Position numbers and translations under genes: made by a program. From assembly GCA_963663765.2 (NCBI GenBank), contig CAXXUA010000003.1, positions 128,001 through 192,000 of the forward strand: a stretch of DNA of 64,000 nt, given 5' to 3'. The DNA comes from Candidatus Poribacteria bacterium (GTDB lineage: Bacteria; Poribacteria; WGA-4E; WGA-3G). Below the pieces are notes generated by a model, which saw only the letters and a program-made list of their open reading frames with translations, did not search any database and was not told the origin of the DNA. The first letter of the stretch is position 1; the number at the start of each line of letters is the position of its first letter. Below, in pieces: positions 19,430-29,396 of this stretch.

Positions 19430-20482
19430 ATGTTAATCAGAACAAGAGCCCCTGTTCGTATTGATTTCGCAGGGGGTTGGAGTGATGTCGCCCTTTTCAC
19501 AGAAGAATCTAAAGGCCTTGTTGTCAATGGAGCGATCAACAGATATGCTTATGCAACACTTGTCTGTGAAAGCCAAACGGAGTTCCCCGACACCGTCGAA
19601 CTACAAAGAATCTTAGAAAAAAAAATACGTATCTATTCCGCAGATTTTGACACTTTTGTTGAAGCGGAAGATGTACGCCAACTTGAATATGATGGCAACA
19701 TTGATCTCGTAAAAGCCGCTGTCCGACAGATGTCACTTCAATTCGGAAGTTTTGACCTGATTACACAATCCAACGCACCACCGGGAAGCGGACTCGGCAC
19801 ATCCGCTGCGATGGGTGTCACACTCATCGGTGTACTTGGCGCGCTTAAGGACGTAACGTACCTTCCATATCAATACGCCGAACTTGCAAGCAGTATTGAA
19901 CGTCATGAACTCGGCATCCTTGGTGGCAAGCAAGACCATTACGCAAGTGCTGTCGGCGGCATCAACTTTATGGAATTTCAAGACGAAGAGGTAAAAACTT
20001 CATCCATAAAACTACCAGCACACATCCAATATGAACTTGAAAAAAACCTTGTCCTCTGCTATACCGGACAGTCCCGTCTTTCTGGCAATATCCATCAAAA
20101 CGTCACGCAAGCGTATAAAAGTGGTGAACCGAGTGTTAGAAAAGCATTAGAAACCCTCAAAATCATCGCCGAATCAACAAAAACCGCTTTAATTCGCGGA
20201 CGATTAACGGAGTTCGGTGAACTTCTAACTGAAAACTGGAATAATCAGAAAAAACTTCATGAATCTGTAACAAATGAACAGATAGATAAACTATTCAAAA
20301 TCGCATTAGACCACGGAGCGATTGGTGGGAAAGCATGTGGTGCTGGAGGCGGTGGCTGTCTCCTCTTTTACTGCCAACCGACACGCGAACACAATGTCCG
20401 ACAAAAACTGGAAGAAGCAGGTATGCGAATCATTGATTTCAACTTTGATTTCAATGGACTTCAAGTTTGGAGAGCAGAATAG
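19430..20482 (+). CDS. GHMP kinase, HddA-like (D-glycero-D-manno-heptose 7-phosphate kinase family)
   Basis: APVRIDFAGGWSD, PPGSGLGTS, GGKQD and GAGGGG motifs. Confidence 0.85.
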   Translation: MLIRTRAPVRIDFAGGWSDVALFTEESKGLVVNGAINRYAYATLVCESQTEFPDTVELQRILEKKIRIYSADFDTFVEAEDVRQLEYDGNIDLVKAAVRQMSLQFGSFDLITQSNAPPGSGLGTSAAMGVTLIGVLGALKDVTYLPYQYAELASSIERHELGILGGKQDHYASAVGGINFMEFQDEEVKTSSIKLPAHIQYELEKNLVLCYTGQSRLSGNIHQNVTQAYKSGEPSVRKALETLKIIAESTKTALIRGRLTEFGELLTENWNNQKKLHESVTNEQIDKLFKIALDHGAIGGKACGAGGGGCLLFYCQPTREHNVRQKLEEAGMRIIDFNFDFNGLQVWRAE

Positions 20483-20589
20483 TAATTACACCTTCAGGCA
20501 AGCCGCAATCTGCAAAATTATTCTGTTTTCACCGAGTGCTAATTTACTCAAAAACAAACATCATAGACTGAAATGCTAACACAATTTCT

Positions 20590-21618
20590 ATGGAAGGAAT
20601 ATTGATGGAAAACGACCACATTGAAACTGATTTAGAAGCCGCCGAGTTCTTAAAATCCGCTCGGGAAAAGATATTGACCGAACTAAAAAAACGTATTGTT
20701 GGTCAAAGCAATGTTATTGACCAACTCCTTATCGCACTATTCTCACAAGGACACTGCCTTCTCGTAGGCGTGCCAGGATTGGCAAAAACCTTACTTATCA
20801 GCACTTTCGCCAATATTCTGGAACTCCCCTTCAATCGCATTCAGTTCACACCTGATTTGATGCCTTCGGACATAATCGGAACAGATATTATTGAAGAAGA
20901 AGTGAATACCGGTAAGCGCGCATTCCGTTTTATCAAAGGTCCCGTTTTTGCTAACATCGTTCTTGCTGATGAAATCAACCGCACACCACCGAAAACACAA
21001 GCTGCGCTTTTGCAGGCGATGCAGGAATATAAGGTGACGGCAGGTGGCAATACTTATGCATTAGAACTACCGTTTTTTGTCTTAGCCACACAGAACCCAA
21101 TTGAACAGGAAGGCACATATCCGCTACCGGAAGCACAACTTGATCGCTTTATGTTCAATATCTACATCGACTATCCCAACAAAGCTGAGGAGAAAGAAAT
21201 TGTTATGACGACTACCTCCGCTTATGAACCCGACATACAATCGGTCATCACGGGTGAACAGGTATTACGATTACAGCAGATAGTGCGCAAAGTTCCTATT
21301 GCTGAGGCGATGGTAGATTATGCGGTAGAATTGAGTTTGAATACGCGTCCAACACATCCCGATGCCCACGACTTCATCAAAGATTGGGTCAATTGGGGGG
21401 CAGGACCGCGAGCATCGCAATATCTGGTTTTGGGTGCAAAGGCACGCGCAATCATGCACGGACGCTATCATGTCAGTTATGAGGACATTAGAGCCGTCGC
21501 AAAACCGGTTCTACGCCACCGAATCTTGACAAACTTCAATGCTGAAGCGGATGGCATCACCAGTCTTGACATTATCTCGCAGCTGCTGGACAAAGTTGAA
21601 CCGCCAGAGATAAACTGA
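20590..21618 (+). CDS. moxR: MoxR family AAA+ ATPase
   Basis: GVPGLAKT, RIQFTPDLMPSD, DEINRTPPKTQ and ATQNPIEQEGTYPLPEAQLDRF motifs. Confidence 0.95.
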   Translation: MEGILMENDHIETDLEAAEFLKSAREKILTELKKRIVGQSNVIDQLLIALFSQGHCLLVGVPGLAKTLLISTFANILELPFNRIQFTPDLMPSDIIGTDIIEEEVNTGKRAFRFIKGPVFANIVLADEINRTPPKTQAALLQAMQEYKVTAGGNTYALELPFFVLATQNPIEQEGTYPLPEAQLDRFMFNIYIDYPNKAEEKEIVMTTTSAYEPDIQSVITGEQVLRLQQIVRKVPIAEAMVDYAVELSLNTRPTHPDAHDFIKDWVNWGAGPRASQYLVLGAKARAIMHGRYHVSYEDIRAVAKPVLRHRILTNFNAEADGITSLDIISQLLDKVEPPEIN

Positions 21619-21672
21619 TTTTACACGCAACGTCTTGTTAGACTTCAGTAATCATAGGTGTAATACGGTACA

Positions 21673-21942
21673 ATGAAAGCAAAAGATACTTCCAATACAC
21701 GCGACCAGAACCCCTATAAAATGGATAAAACCGCATTTTCTGTCACAACGCTTTTTGAAAAATCTGCTGACAAGGAATATTGGAAATCCAAAACACCACA
21801 GGAACGTATGGAAGCCCTTGAATTGATGCGGCAGATCAACTATGGCTACGATCCAACTACCGCCCGACTTCGAAGAGTTCTTGAAATTGTTGAACTCCCA
21901 TCAGATTATATGAGGCAGGAAAATGGAAGAAAGACAATATAA
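21673..21942 (+). CDS. Small conserved hypothetical protein (antitoxin-like)
   Basis: YWKSKTPQERMEALELMRQINYGYD pattern; overlaps the next gene. Confidence 0.6.
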   Translation: MKAKDTSNTRDQNPYKMDKTAFSVTTLFEKSADKEYWKSKTPQERMEALELMRQINYGYDPTTARLRRVLEIVELPSDYMRQENGRKTI

Positions 21943-22513
21943 TCAAACCAGAACGAAATTGCCATCCGCACAACAGACACTCCGAACTGCCGAAGACCTT
22001 AGGAAACAAGCAGATGATGGCTATCGGTATGAATTGGTGAAAGGAATAATACATAGAATGCCACCTGCTGGATTTGAACATGGAATACGTACTGCTGAAA
22101 TTGGGAGCCTTTTAAACGTACATGTAAAAAAACATAAATTGGGATTCGTTTGTGGTGCTGAAACAGGATTCAAAATCACACAAAATCCAGATACTGTCCT
22201 TGCTCCTGACGCAGCGTTTGTTCGTCAAGCTGCAATTGAGGAACAAGGCATTCCGAAAGGCTATTGGGAAGGTGCACCTGATCTTGCTGTTGAGGTTATT
22301 TCCCCAAGCGATACTTACGCAGCCGTTGAAGAAAAAGTGGATGAATGGTTGATGGCAGGTTGTGCAATGGTGTGGGTAATAAATCCTCGTAGAGAGACTG
22401 TGGAAGTGTATCGGTCACCTGAAGATATTACCATTTTGCATGGGGATGACATGCTTGATGGTGAAGATGTCATTGCAGGATTTCAGTGTCAAGTGAAAGC
22501 GTTATTTGTGTGA
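21923..22513 (+). CDS. Uma2 family endonuclease
   Basis: YELVKG, PDAAFV, PDLAVEVISPSD and VWVINP motifs. Confidence 0.92.
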   Translation: MEERQYNQTRTKLPSAQQTLRTAEDLRKQADDGYRYELVKGIIHRMPPAGFEHGIRTAEIGSLLNVHVKKHKLGFVCGAETGFKITQNPDTVLAPDAAFVRQAAIEEQGIPKGYWEGAPDLAVEVISPSDTYAAVEEKVDEWLMAGCAMVWVINPRRETVEVYRSPEDITILHGDDMLDGEDVIAGFQCQVKALFV

Positions 22514-22533
22514 GATAGCAGCGTAGGATAGCG

Positions 22534-23925
22534 TTATTCCTGAATTTGCGGTTCATGTGTTTTGTTAGTATCCTGTTCATACTCATCCAGTTTGCGGTAT
22601 AGAGTGCGCACTCCGATATCCAGAATCTTTGCCGCTTCCGTTTTGTTCCCGCCTGTTTCAGTCAGTGTTTTTTCAATGGCTTCCCGTTCAATCTGTGTCA
22701 TCGTCATACCAACCTTGCCGATAGTATCCTCATCATCAATCACTGAAAGATACTCTCCACCCACATTTTTTGTACCTTGCTGATGTCCCATCGGTGTTGT
22801 GATGGGTATAACATCGTCTTGTGTTCGATTTTCAAGTGCCTTTGCAATAGTGGATAACACCTCAAGTGTTTTCCGTAAAACCACGGCTGTATCTTCACTA
22901 TCCGTTATCTGCAACCAACTGGTATCATCTTCAGGAATTAAGGTTGGTATCTCAGTGTGGTAGGTAGTATTTGGTTCAAGCAAACGAACTGCGGAGAGGA
23001 TGAGTCCCAGAATTGTCTTGTAAATAGCAACATTTTCTGATGCTACCGTTCCAGTATTTTGGTTGATGACCTGTATAGATGTCCCCGGTTCGTCAGGAAT
23101 TTTCACAGGATATTGAGGATATTCAGGTTCTGGATGAGTAGAAAAATCTGTGAGTTCAAGTTCCTCTGATGTTGCTAAGATAATAGCGGACTCAACGGTA
23201 TTTTTGAGTTGACGGATATTACCCGGCCAGTCTGCATCTTTGAGATAGTCAAGTGCTTCAGATGTTATTCCGACAACATCTTTGTTGTGTTTTTTGCTTA
23301 ATTCGGTGATGAATGTATCTATAAAAAGTGGGATATCTTCGCGTCTGTCACGTAGGGGTGGAATTTGGATTTGGAAGAGGTTCAATCTGTAGTAAAGGTC
23401 TTGCCGAAATTTATCGTCCTTTACTGATTTCTCAAGATTAACGTTTGTCGCGGCGATAATTCGGACATCAACTTTGACGGTTTTCTCGCCACCGAGTCGG
23501 GTGAATTCTTGTGTTTCTAACACACGCAGAAACTTCACTTGTACTTCGGGGGACATTTCGCCAATTTCGTCAAGGAACAGTGTTCCACCATCAGCAAGTT
23601 CAAATAAGCCGCGCCGTTGGCTTGTCGCACCTGTGAAAGCACCTTTTTCGTGTCCAAAGAGTTCGCTTTGAAGTAGGTCTTGGTAAAATACGCCACAATT
23701 GACGGCTTTGAAGAGTCTATCTTTGCGGGAACTTCTCTCGTGGATTGTCTGTGCAACGACCTCTTTTCCAACACCTGTTTCACCAGTAATGAGTACAGTT
23801 GCATTCGTTGGTGCGACCTGTTCAACTTGATGCCAGACGTTCTGCATCGCTTTGGATTCACCGATAACGGGGAATGCATTGGACTCGGTAAGAGGTGTTG
23901 AGAGGTTCATTTTTCTTCCTCGCAA
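22534..23925 (-). CDS. Sigma-54 interacting AAA+ transcriptional regulator (no N-terminal sensor), C-terminal Fis HTH
   Basis: GETGVGKE, GAFTGA, LFLDEIGE, WPGNIRQL and GNKTEAAKILDIGVRTLYRKL motifs. Confidence 0.92.
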   Translation of the reverse strand: MRGRKMNLSTPLTESNAFPVIGESKAMQNVWHQVEQVAPTNATVLITGETGVGKEVVAQTIHERSSRKDRLFKAVNCGVFYQDLLQSELFGHEKGAFTGATSQRRGLFELADGGTLFLDEIGEMSPEVQVKFLRVLETQEFTRLGGEKTVKVDVRIIAATNVNLEKSVKDDKFRQDLYYRLNLFQIQIPPLRDRREDIPLFIDTFITELSKKHNKDVVGITSEALDYLKDADWPGNIRQLKNTVESAIILATSEELELTDFSTHPEPEYPQYPVKIPDEPGTSIQVINQNTGTVASENVAIYKTILGLILSAVRLLEPNTTYHTEIPTLIPEDDTSWLQITDSEDTAVVLRKTLEVLSTIAKALENRTQDDVIPITTPMGHQQGTKNVGGEYLSVIDDEDTIGKVGMTMTQIEREAIEKTLTETGGNKTEAAKILDIGVRTLYRKLDEYEQDTNKTHEPQIQE

Positions 23926-23941
23926 ACCAACATATTAGTGG

Positions 23942-24640
23942 TTAACTATTATTTAGAACAATCTCAATCAACCGTTGCGGATCCTGCTTGACATCCTCAA
24001 ATATCTGAAAACCATCACGACACGCAGCTTCGCACAGTTTTTTAAACATAAATCCTTTAAGGTTATAACCAGTAGCACCATCAAGTTTGTCTGCGAAATC
24101 ACGTCCAACAAAAACAATATGGATATCTGATAAAAAACCTGAAAATACATACTTCCAACTCGGTGCTGCCAAGAAAATCTGGGTAACTGTATTAGGAATC
24201 TTAAAAGGAAGCTGCAACGCTTGAACGTATTCTTTACCCAATAAAAAGAATACTAATTCATAACCTGCTATTAAGGTTCCTACATTTTCATGAATTTGAA
24301 ACTTATTGCTACGTACTAAAATTTCCTTTTTCTTTACTTTTTGAAATGTAACATCGTAAGGAACAATAACATCATCTTCAGCAAGTAATCCGTACCCATC
24401 AGAAATAATGGACAATTCAATGACATCCGGTCCATAAACATCACGAACTTGTTTCAATCCTTTCATCAGGTACAGGTGTTGTTGTCCTGTGTACATTTCT
24501 GCTGCAGATGCTTCAAAATCTTTCAATTCTGCTGTGCGCTTGCGACGACGTTCAGAGGAAGCAAAATCTTCATACTGGAGTTGGATTGGGGTTTTATATT
24601 TTTTTCTACCTGTGCAAGAGGTAATAACTAATGTTCGCAT
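23942..24640 (-). CDS. YaaA/DUF328/DUF6884-like protein
   Basis: ITSCTGRKK...AAEMYTG...IISDGYGLL...IVPYDVTF pattern. Confidence 0.65.
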   Translation of the reverse strand: MRTLVITSCTGRKKYKTPIQLQYEDFASSERRRKRTAELKDFEASAAEMYTGQQHLYLMKGLKQVRDVYGPDVIELSIISDGYGLLAEDDVIVPYDVTFQKVKKKEILVRSNKFQIHENVGTLIAGYELVFFLLGKEYVQALQLPFKIPNTVTQIFLAAPSWKYVFSGFLSDIHIVFVGRDFADKLDGATGYNLKGFMFKKLCEAACRDGFQIFEDVKQDPQRLIEIVLNNS

Positions 24641-24654
24641 AAGTACTGCCACTA

Positions 24655-25398
24655 CTACTGATTCAGAACAATCTCAATTAACCGTTGCGGATCTTGCTTG
24701 ATATCCTCAAATACCTGAAAACCATCACGACACGCAGCTTCACACAGTCTTCTAATCACAACACCTTTGAGTGCCCAGTTAGTGGTGCGAAGACCTTTCT
24801 GTAAATCCCTGCCGGTTTCAACGACGTGGACGTTCGGTAAATCCTCATTCACTGTTTTTCTTTGGCTTTTTGGGAGAAGAAAAACCGTCGTTACAGCACG
24901 TTCCACCTCAAAAATGCGTTGCAAGGATTCAATATCATCTTGTCGCAATAATGAAATAACAAGGTCGTAACTTTCAAGTAAATCAACTGTGCGTTCAGGA
25001 ACGCCATTCCCACCGAATTCTAACACCTCAAGTTCGTGAAGGGGAGCAGTGTCAAAAGGTACAATCGTATCATTCTCTCCAACCGGAATCATCTTACCAT
25101 CAACACGGCAATAATACCACGGAAAATAAAGGTCAATGGTGTTTTTACCGTATTGTTCGTGTTCACGTAACTGTTTCAGACCTTCCCTCAATTGAATAAA
25201 TAACGGTCCGGTAAACATTTCGGCAGCGGGTAGACGGTAATCTCTATCTTTATCATACCATCCTTCTGCGTTGAAACCGCACAATTCTTTGATACGCGCT
25301 TTAAGACGATCAGATGAACTACAATCTTCACTACTCAAAGGATTGTCAAGCTTATGTTTTTGCCCAGTTGTATAGGAGTTGAAGACCAATACTTTCAT
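24655..25398 (-). CDS. Diverged tandem paralog of the YaaA/DUF6884-like protein
   Basis: Shares PAAEMFTG, IVPFD and a near-identical C-terminus LCEAACRDGFQxFEDxKQDPQRLIEIVLN. Start ATG 25398 lies just after the secF stop. Confidence 0.65.
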   Translation of the reverse strand: MKVLVFNSYTTGQKHKLDNPLSSEDCSSSDRLKARIKELCGFNAEGWYDKDRDYRLPAAEMFTGPLFIQLREGLKQLREHEQYGKNTIDLYFPWYYCRVDGKMIPVGENDTIVPFDTAPLHELEVLEFGGNGVPERTVDLLESYDLVISLLRQDDIESLQRIFEVERAVTTVFLLPKSQRKTVNEDLPNVHVVETGRDLQKGLRTTNWALKGVVIRRLCEAACRDGFQVFEDIKQDPQRLIEIVLNQ

Positions 25399-25402
25399 GA
25401 TA

Positions 25403-26569
25403 CTATGCCTTTGCTTGGTGTAGTCTTTGATGCCAAATGTGCAGGATAGGACTTGCGATGAAGACTGAGGAATATGTTCCAATTAACACACCTACAATAA
25501 GAGCTAAAGCAAACGTGTTAATCTCCTCTCCTGAACTGGATAAAGCGAAAATTACAACGACAACAAAAAGCGTTGTAATTGAGGTGATAACGGTTCGGCT
25601 GAGTGATTGATTGATACTACGGTTTAGTACCTCTGTGTATTCAGTTCCGCGCAGAGAAATCCCGTTTTCTCGAATTCGGTCAAATACGACAATTGTGTCG
25701 TTTAGCGAATACCCGATAATTGTGAGAAACGCAGCAACGGTAGGCAAATTAATTTCTTTTGAAAACACAGCAAAAACACCCAATGTGATTAGCACATCGT
25801 GAACAAGTGCTGCAATAGCACCGATGGCAAAACGGAATTCAAACCGCCAAGAAATGTAAATCAACAAAATCGCTATAGACGAAAGTACTGACCAGAGTGC
25901 CGACCATTTTAGATCGCGCCCAACGCTGGGACCGACTTCAGTCACATTTACACTGTCGGAGACTGCTTTCCAACCATCTCCGCCTTCAAGGAGTGCTTCC
26001 GTGAGAATCCCACCGATGCTTGCTTGTATCTGAATAGTTGCATTTTCTGTTAGATCTATCCCGACTTCGTTCGCAAAAGTTACCTGAATTGCAGTACCGT
26101 CTTCAATAGGTGCGACAGTGAGAATCTCATTGCGTTGTTGTAAATCAGCATCAATCAATACAACGGATTCTTCAGGTTTCAACAGATGTGTTTTTTCGGC
26201 TGTGCTGCTTACCTGAACGGTTGTAGCCGTTGCATCTCCAGGGTCTGTCATAATAGGTATATTTACCGACTGTTGTTGAAATTCTGGACGATGTCCCATG
26301 GAGACGAAAGCTTTGTTTTCACTCGGGTCAAGTTGTATTTTGACATCCTCGTAGCCTAATTCAGCTAACTTAGTTTTCAGTTCATCTTCCGTTACTGTCC
26401 TGTCAAAGACTGCTTCAACTTTTACACCGCCACGGAAATCAATACCAAAATTCGGTCCGCCATGAAATACAAGAAAAACGATACCGATTGTTATTAATAC
26501 CGCTGAGAGAAAAAATCCGGTACGGTGTTTATTGATAAAATCAATGTTTGTATTTTTTAGAAATTCCAA
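25403..26569 (-). CDS. secF: Protein translocase subunit SecF
   Basis: GIDFRGG, VGPSVG and IGYSLNDTIVVFDRIRE motifs. Confidence 0.96.
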   Translation of the reverse strand: MEFLKNTNIDFINKHRTGFFLSAVLITIGIVFLVFHGGPNFGIDFRGGVKVEAVFDRTVTEDELKTKLAELGYEDVKIQLDPSENKAFVSMGHRPEFQQQSVNIPIMTDPGDATATTVQVSSTAEKTHLLKPEESVVLIDADLQQRNEILTVAPIEDGTAIQVTFANEVGIDLTENATIQIQASIGGILTEALLEGGDGWKAVSDSVNVTEVGPSVGRDLKWSALWSVLSSIAILLIYISWRFEFRFAIGAIAALVHDVLITLGVFAVFSKEINLPTVAAFLTIIGYSLNDTIVVFDRIRENGISLRGTEYTEVLNRSINQSLSRTVITSITTLFVVVVIFALSSSGEEINTFALALIVGVLIGTYSSVFIASPILHIWHQRLHQAKA

Positions 26570-26685
26570 TTTTTTATCCTTCTATAGTCGCTTTGCCCGA
26601 TTAGAAGTAGAGAGTCTTATGTCGGGCAGTCTTTAGATATTATATGATTCTTGACATATCATTGGGATGTTTGAAATCTAACACG

Positions 26686-28635
26686 TTAGATGCTTAATTT
26701 TTCCACATCTCTATTACCAATTGCCAAACCGTATATCTCGCGAGTGACAATAATGGCTGTGAACATACTCGCAAGGATACCAATACCGAGCGTAACCGCA
26801 AAACCTTTAATCGGGCCAGTACCGAAATGGTAAAGGACAAGAGCAGTAAAGAACGTTGTGAGGTTTGCATCCAAGATCGTTATAAATGCGCGTTGATAGC
26901 CGCTTGTAATTGCAGACCATACCTTTTTGCCTGATCGCAATTCCTCCCGAATTCGTTCAAAGATGAGAACATTCGCATCAACAGCCATACCGATAGTAAG
27001 CACAAGTCCCGCGATACCCGGCAGTGTCAATGCCGCTCCAAATCCTGCCAATGCACCGAGTATAATTACCATATTAAACACGAGTGCAATAATGGCTATT
27101 AGACCTGATAATCGGTAGTAAATTATCATGAACACCAAGACGAAACCTAATCCGAAAATAGCTGCTTTGACTCCATTTTCAATAGACTTTTGACCGAGGG
27201 AGGGACCGACAGTCCGTTCTTCTCCCACTTGCACACCGACTGGGAAAGCACCCGCTTTCAAGATATTTGAAAGATATTCAGCCTCTTGAAAAGTAAAGCT
27301 GCCCTCAATAACTGCATTGCCTCTAATCTGTGTGTTGATGACAGGTGCTGACTGCACCTTGTCGTCAAGCAGGATTGCCAGATGTTCACCGATATGATCA
27401 CCCGTGATTCTTGCAAATTTGGTTTCACCTTCACTGTCAAAATCCATGAGAACAACGATTTCAAAACTTGTATTTCCAGTAGAAGGTCTGGCATCATCAA
27501 TGTTTTGCCCTGTCAGCAGTACCGGACTCTCCACAACATACCATCCACCCGTTTCATAATGATAACGGATTTCAGTGTTCTCTGGGAGAATATCCGGGGG
27601 TGGTGTATCAGCTGAACCCGCCCATAGATTACCTCCTGACTCAGGTTTTTTCACCATCTTGAATTCCAAACGTCCCATCGTTTGCACAATCCGAAGCGGA
27701 CCGGAGGAATCCTTTGCACCCGGTAATTCAATGATAATACGTGGACGGTTTGCTTCCTGACGAATAGATGGTTCAGCCACACCGAAAGCATCTACACGAT
27801 TTCGTAATACAATCAATACCTGCTGAATTGCCTTGTCGCTGTATTCTTGCATGCCTTTCGGACTTAGACGTAACTGATACGTTGATTGTTTATCGCTTTC
27901 AGAAATAACCTGTACATCCTCAAAGAATTCAATATCGTTAAGTAGTTGGGCAGTTTTCTCCAAATACTCCTTCTTTTTTTCGGGATCAGACTGGAATCGG
28001 GATGGGAGTTGAACCAACACGTTAAGTGCGTCTTCACCACTTACCTGTTCAGCTTCACGGCATAAGATCTCTTCTGCCTTTAACATATCAGGAATAGAGA
28101 ATGAGTTTGTTTTTAGCAATTCTCTTTTTGACTTCTCAAGATCAACTTCAAGGACGAGGTGTACACCACCTTTCAGGTCTAAGCCTAACTTCAATCTGTT
28201 GTTAGGCAGTATCTTCCGCAACGTAATTGGAAGACTACCGAAAAGGTGTAAATTCTCCAATGTTGTTGCAGGTTCTTCTTTAGCTTTCTCAGAAATAAGT
28301 CTTACGAAGAATTCCTTTGTTTCTGTCGTATCAAATTGATAGTCTACCTCTTCCTTAAATCCAAGTTTCTCCATTTGAACAATAAAGACATCCTGAACTT
28401 CATCAATTGCTTCTTGAAAACTTATTCCAGTCGGTAATTTTACGTCAGTTAAGTCAACTTTGAAAGCACTATCATCGGTGACTTCAAATGGGGGAAGTGC
28501 CTCCTGTAAATTCAGTGGTAGATTTCCATACAAAGGAAGGTATAATCTATCTGGTGTAGGGATAAGGTATAAAACTGATAACAGCAATACACCTAAGATT
28601 AAAACAATTTTCCAGATATTGAATCTGTACATCAA
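26686..28635 (-). CDS. secD: Protein translocase subunit SecD
   Basis: LGLDLKGG, RVDAFGVAEP and GMAVDANVLIFERIREE motifs. Confidence 0.96.
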   Translation of the reverse strand: MMYRFNIWKIVLILGVLLLSVLYLIPTPDRLYLPLYGNLPLNLQEALPPFEVTDDSAFKVDLTDVKLPTGISFQEAIDEVQDVFIVQMEKLGFKEEVDYQFDTTETKEFFVRLISEKAKEEPATTLENLHLFGSLPITLRKILPNNRLKLGLDLKGGVHLVLEVDLEKSKRELLKTNSFSIPDMLKAEEILCREAEQVSGEDALNVLVQLPSRFQSDPEKKKEYLEKTAQLLNDIEFFEDVQVISESDKQSTYQLRLSPKGMQEYSDKAIQQVLIVLRNRVDAFGVAEPSIRQEANRPRIIIELPGAKDSSGPLRIVQTMGRLEFKMVKKPESGGNLWAGSADTPPPDILPENTEIRYHYETGGWYVVESPVLLTGQNIDDARPSTGNTSFEIVVLMDFDSEGETKFARITGDHIGEHLAILLDDKVQSAPVINTQIRGNAVIEGSFTFQEAEYLSNILKAGAFPVGVQVGEERTVGPSLGQKSIENGVKAAIFGLGFVLVFMIIYYRLSGLIAIIALVFNMVIILGALAGFGAALTLPGIAGLVLTIGMAVDANVLIFERIREELRSGKKVWSAITSGYQRAFITILDANLTTFFTALVLYHFGTGPIKGFAVTLGIGILASMFTAIIVTREIYGLAIGNRDVEKLSI

Positions 28636-28696
28636 ATGCTCCTATATTCTAAAACGATATTTATTGACAGCAGAATACCGCAGAAAGTCTTGTAGG

Positions 28697-28769
28697 TGCG
28701 CCTGGGAGGAATCGAACCCCCGACACGAGGCTTAGGAAGCCTCTGCTCTATCCCCTGAGCTACAGGCGC
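28697..28769 (-). tRNA. tRNA-Arg(CCT)
   Basis: Reverse complement GCGCCTGTAGCTCAGGGGATAGAGCA-GAGGC TTCCTAA GCCTC-...GGTTCGATTCC...CAGGCGCA. Confidence 0.95.
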
Positions 28770-28849
28770 GCTTACCGCTAAACCTTTCTTGGTTACACTC
28801 TGCTGCATTCTGTTGATATGCGCAATATGAAATTAAAACACAGTATCAG

Positions 28850-29365
28850 CTAATATTCAACGAGAGAAAAAATCGGTTGATTTTTCACTTTCTTTCGTCC
28901 CTCGAATTCTGTAAGCTCCAACAACAGTGCAATGCCTGCTATGTTCCCACCAACTTTTTTGACAAGTTCAACCGATGCTGCCAGAGTTCCGCCGGTAGCT
29001 AAAACATCATCACATATCAGGACGCGGCTCCCTATTGGAAAAGCATCTTGATGGATAGCAAGTGTGTCAGCTCCGTATTCAAGGTCGTAGGTCACTTCAT
29101 AGCTATCAAAAGGTAACTTGCCACTTTTACGGATAGGAACAAAACCGATACCCAGACGATGTGCTAAAGCTGCGCCGAGAATAAAACCCCGAGCGTCAAT
29201 GCCTACGATTACGTCTATCACATCAGATCTAAAACGGTTTACAAATACTTCAACTGCAGCATTAAAGGCTAATCCATTTCCTAATAGTGGTGTTATATCT
29301 TTAAAAGACACGCCGGGTTTAGGGAAATTCGGTATGTCTCGTATAAATTTTGTAAAATCGCTCAT
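28850..29365 (-). CDS. apt: Adenine phosphoribosyltransferase
   Basis: PNFPKPGVSFKDITP, YDLEYG and ICDDVLATGGT motifs. Confidence 0.96.
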   Translation of the reverse strand: MSDFTKFIRDIPNFPKPGVSFKDITPLLGNGLAFNAAVEVFVNRFRSDVIDVIVGIDARGFILGAALAHRLGIGFVPIRKSGKLPFDSYEVTYDLEYGADTLAIHQDAFPIGSRVLICDDVLATGGTLAASVELVKKVGGNIAGIALLLELTEFEGRKKVKNQPIFSLVEY

Positions 29366-29396
29366 ATTTATTTTTTATTTGTTGTGCTGCACTGTA

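Noticed and set aside
28697-28769. tRNA-Arg (and tRNA-Gly at 60329) as integration sites
   Set aside because: No integrase and no duplicated tRNA 3' end were seen in the window, and the flanking genes are housekeeping.
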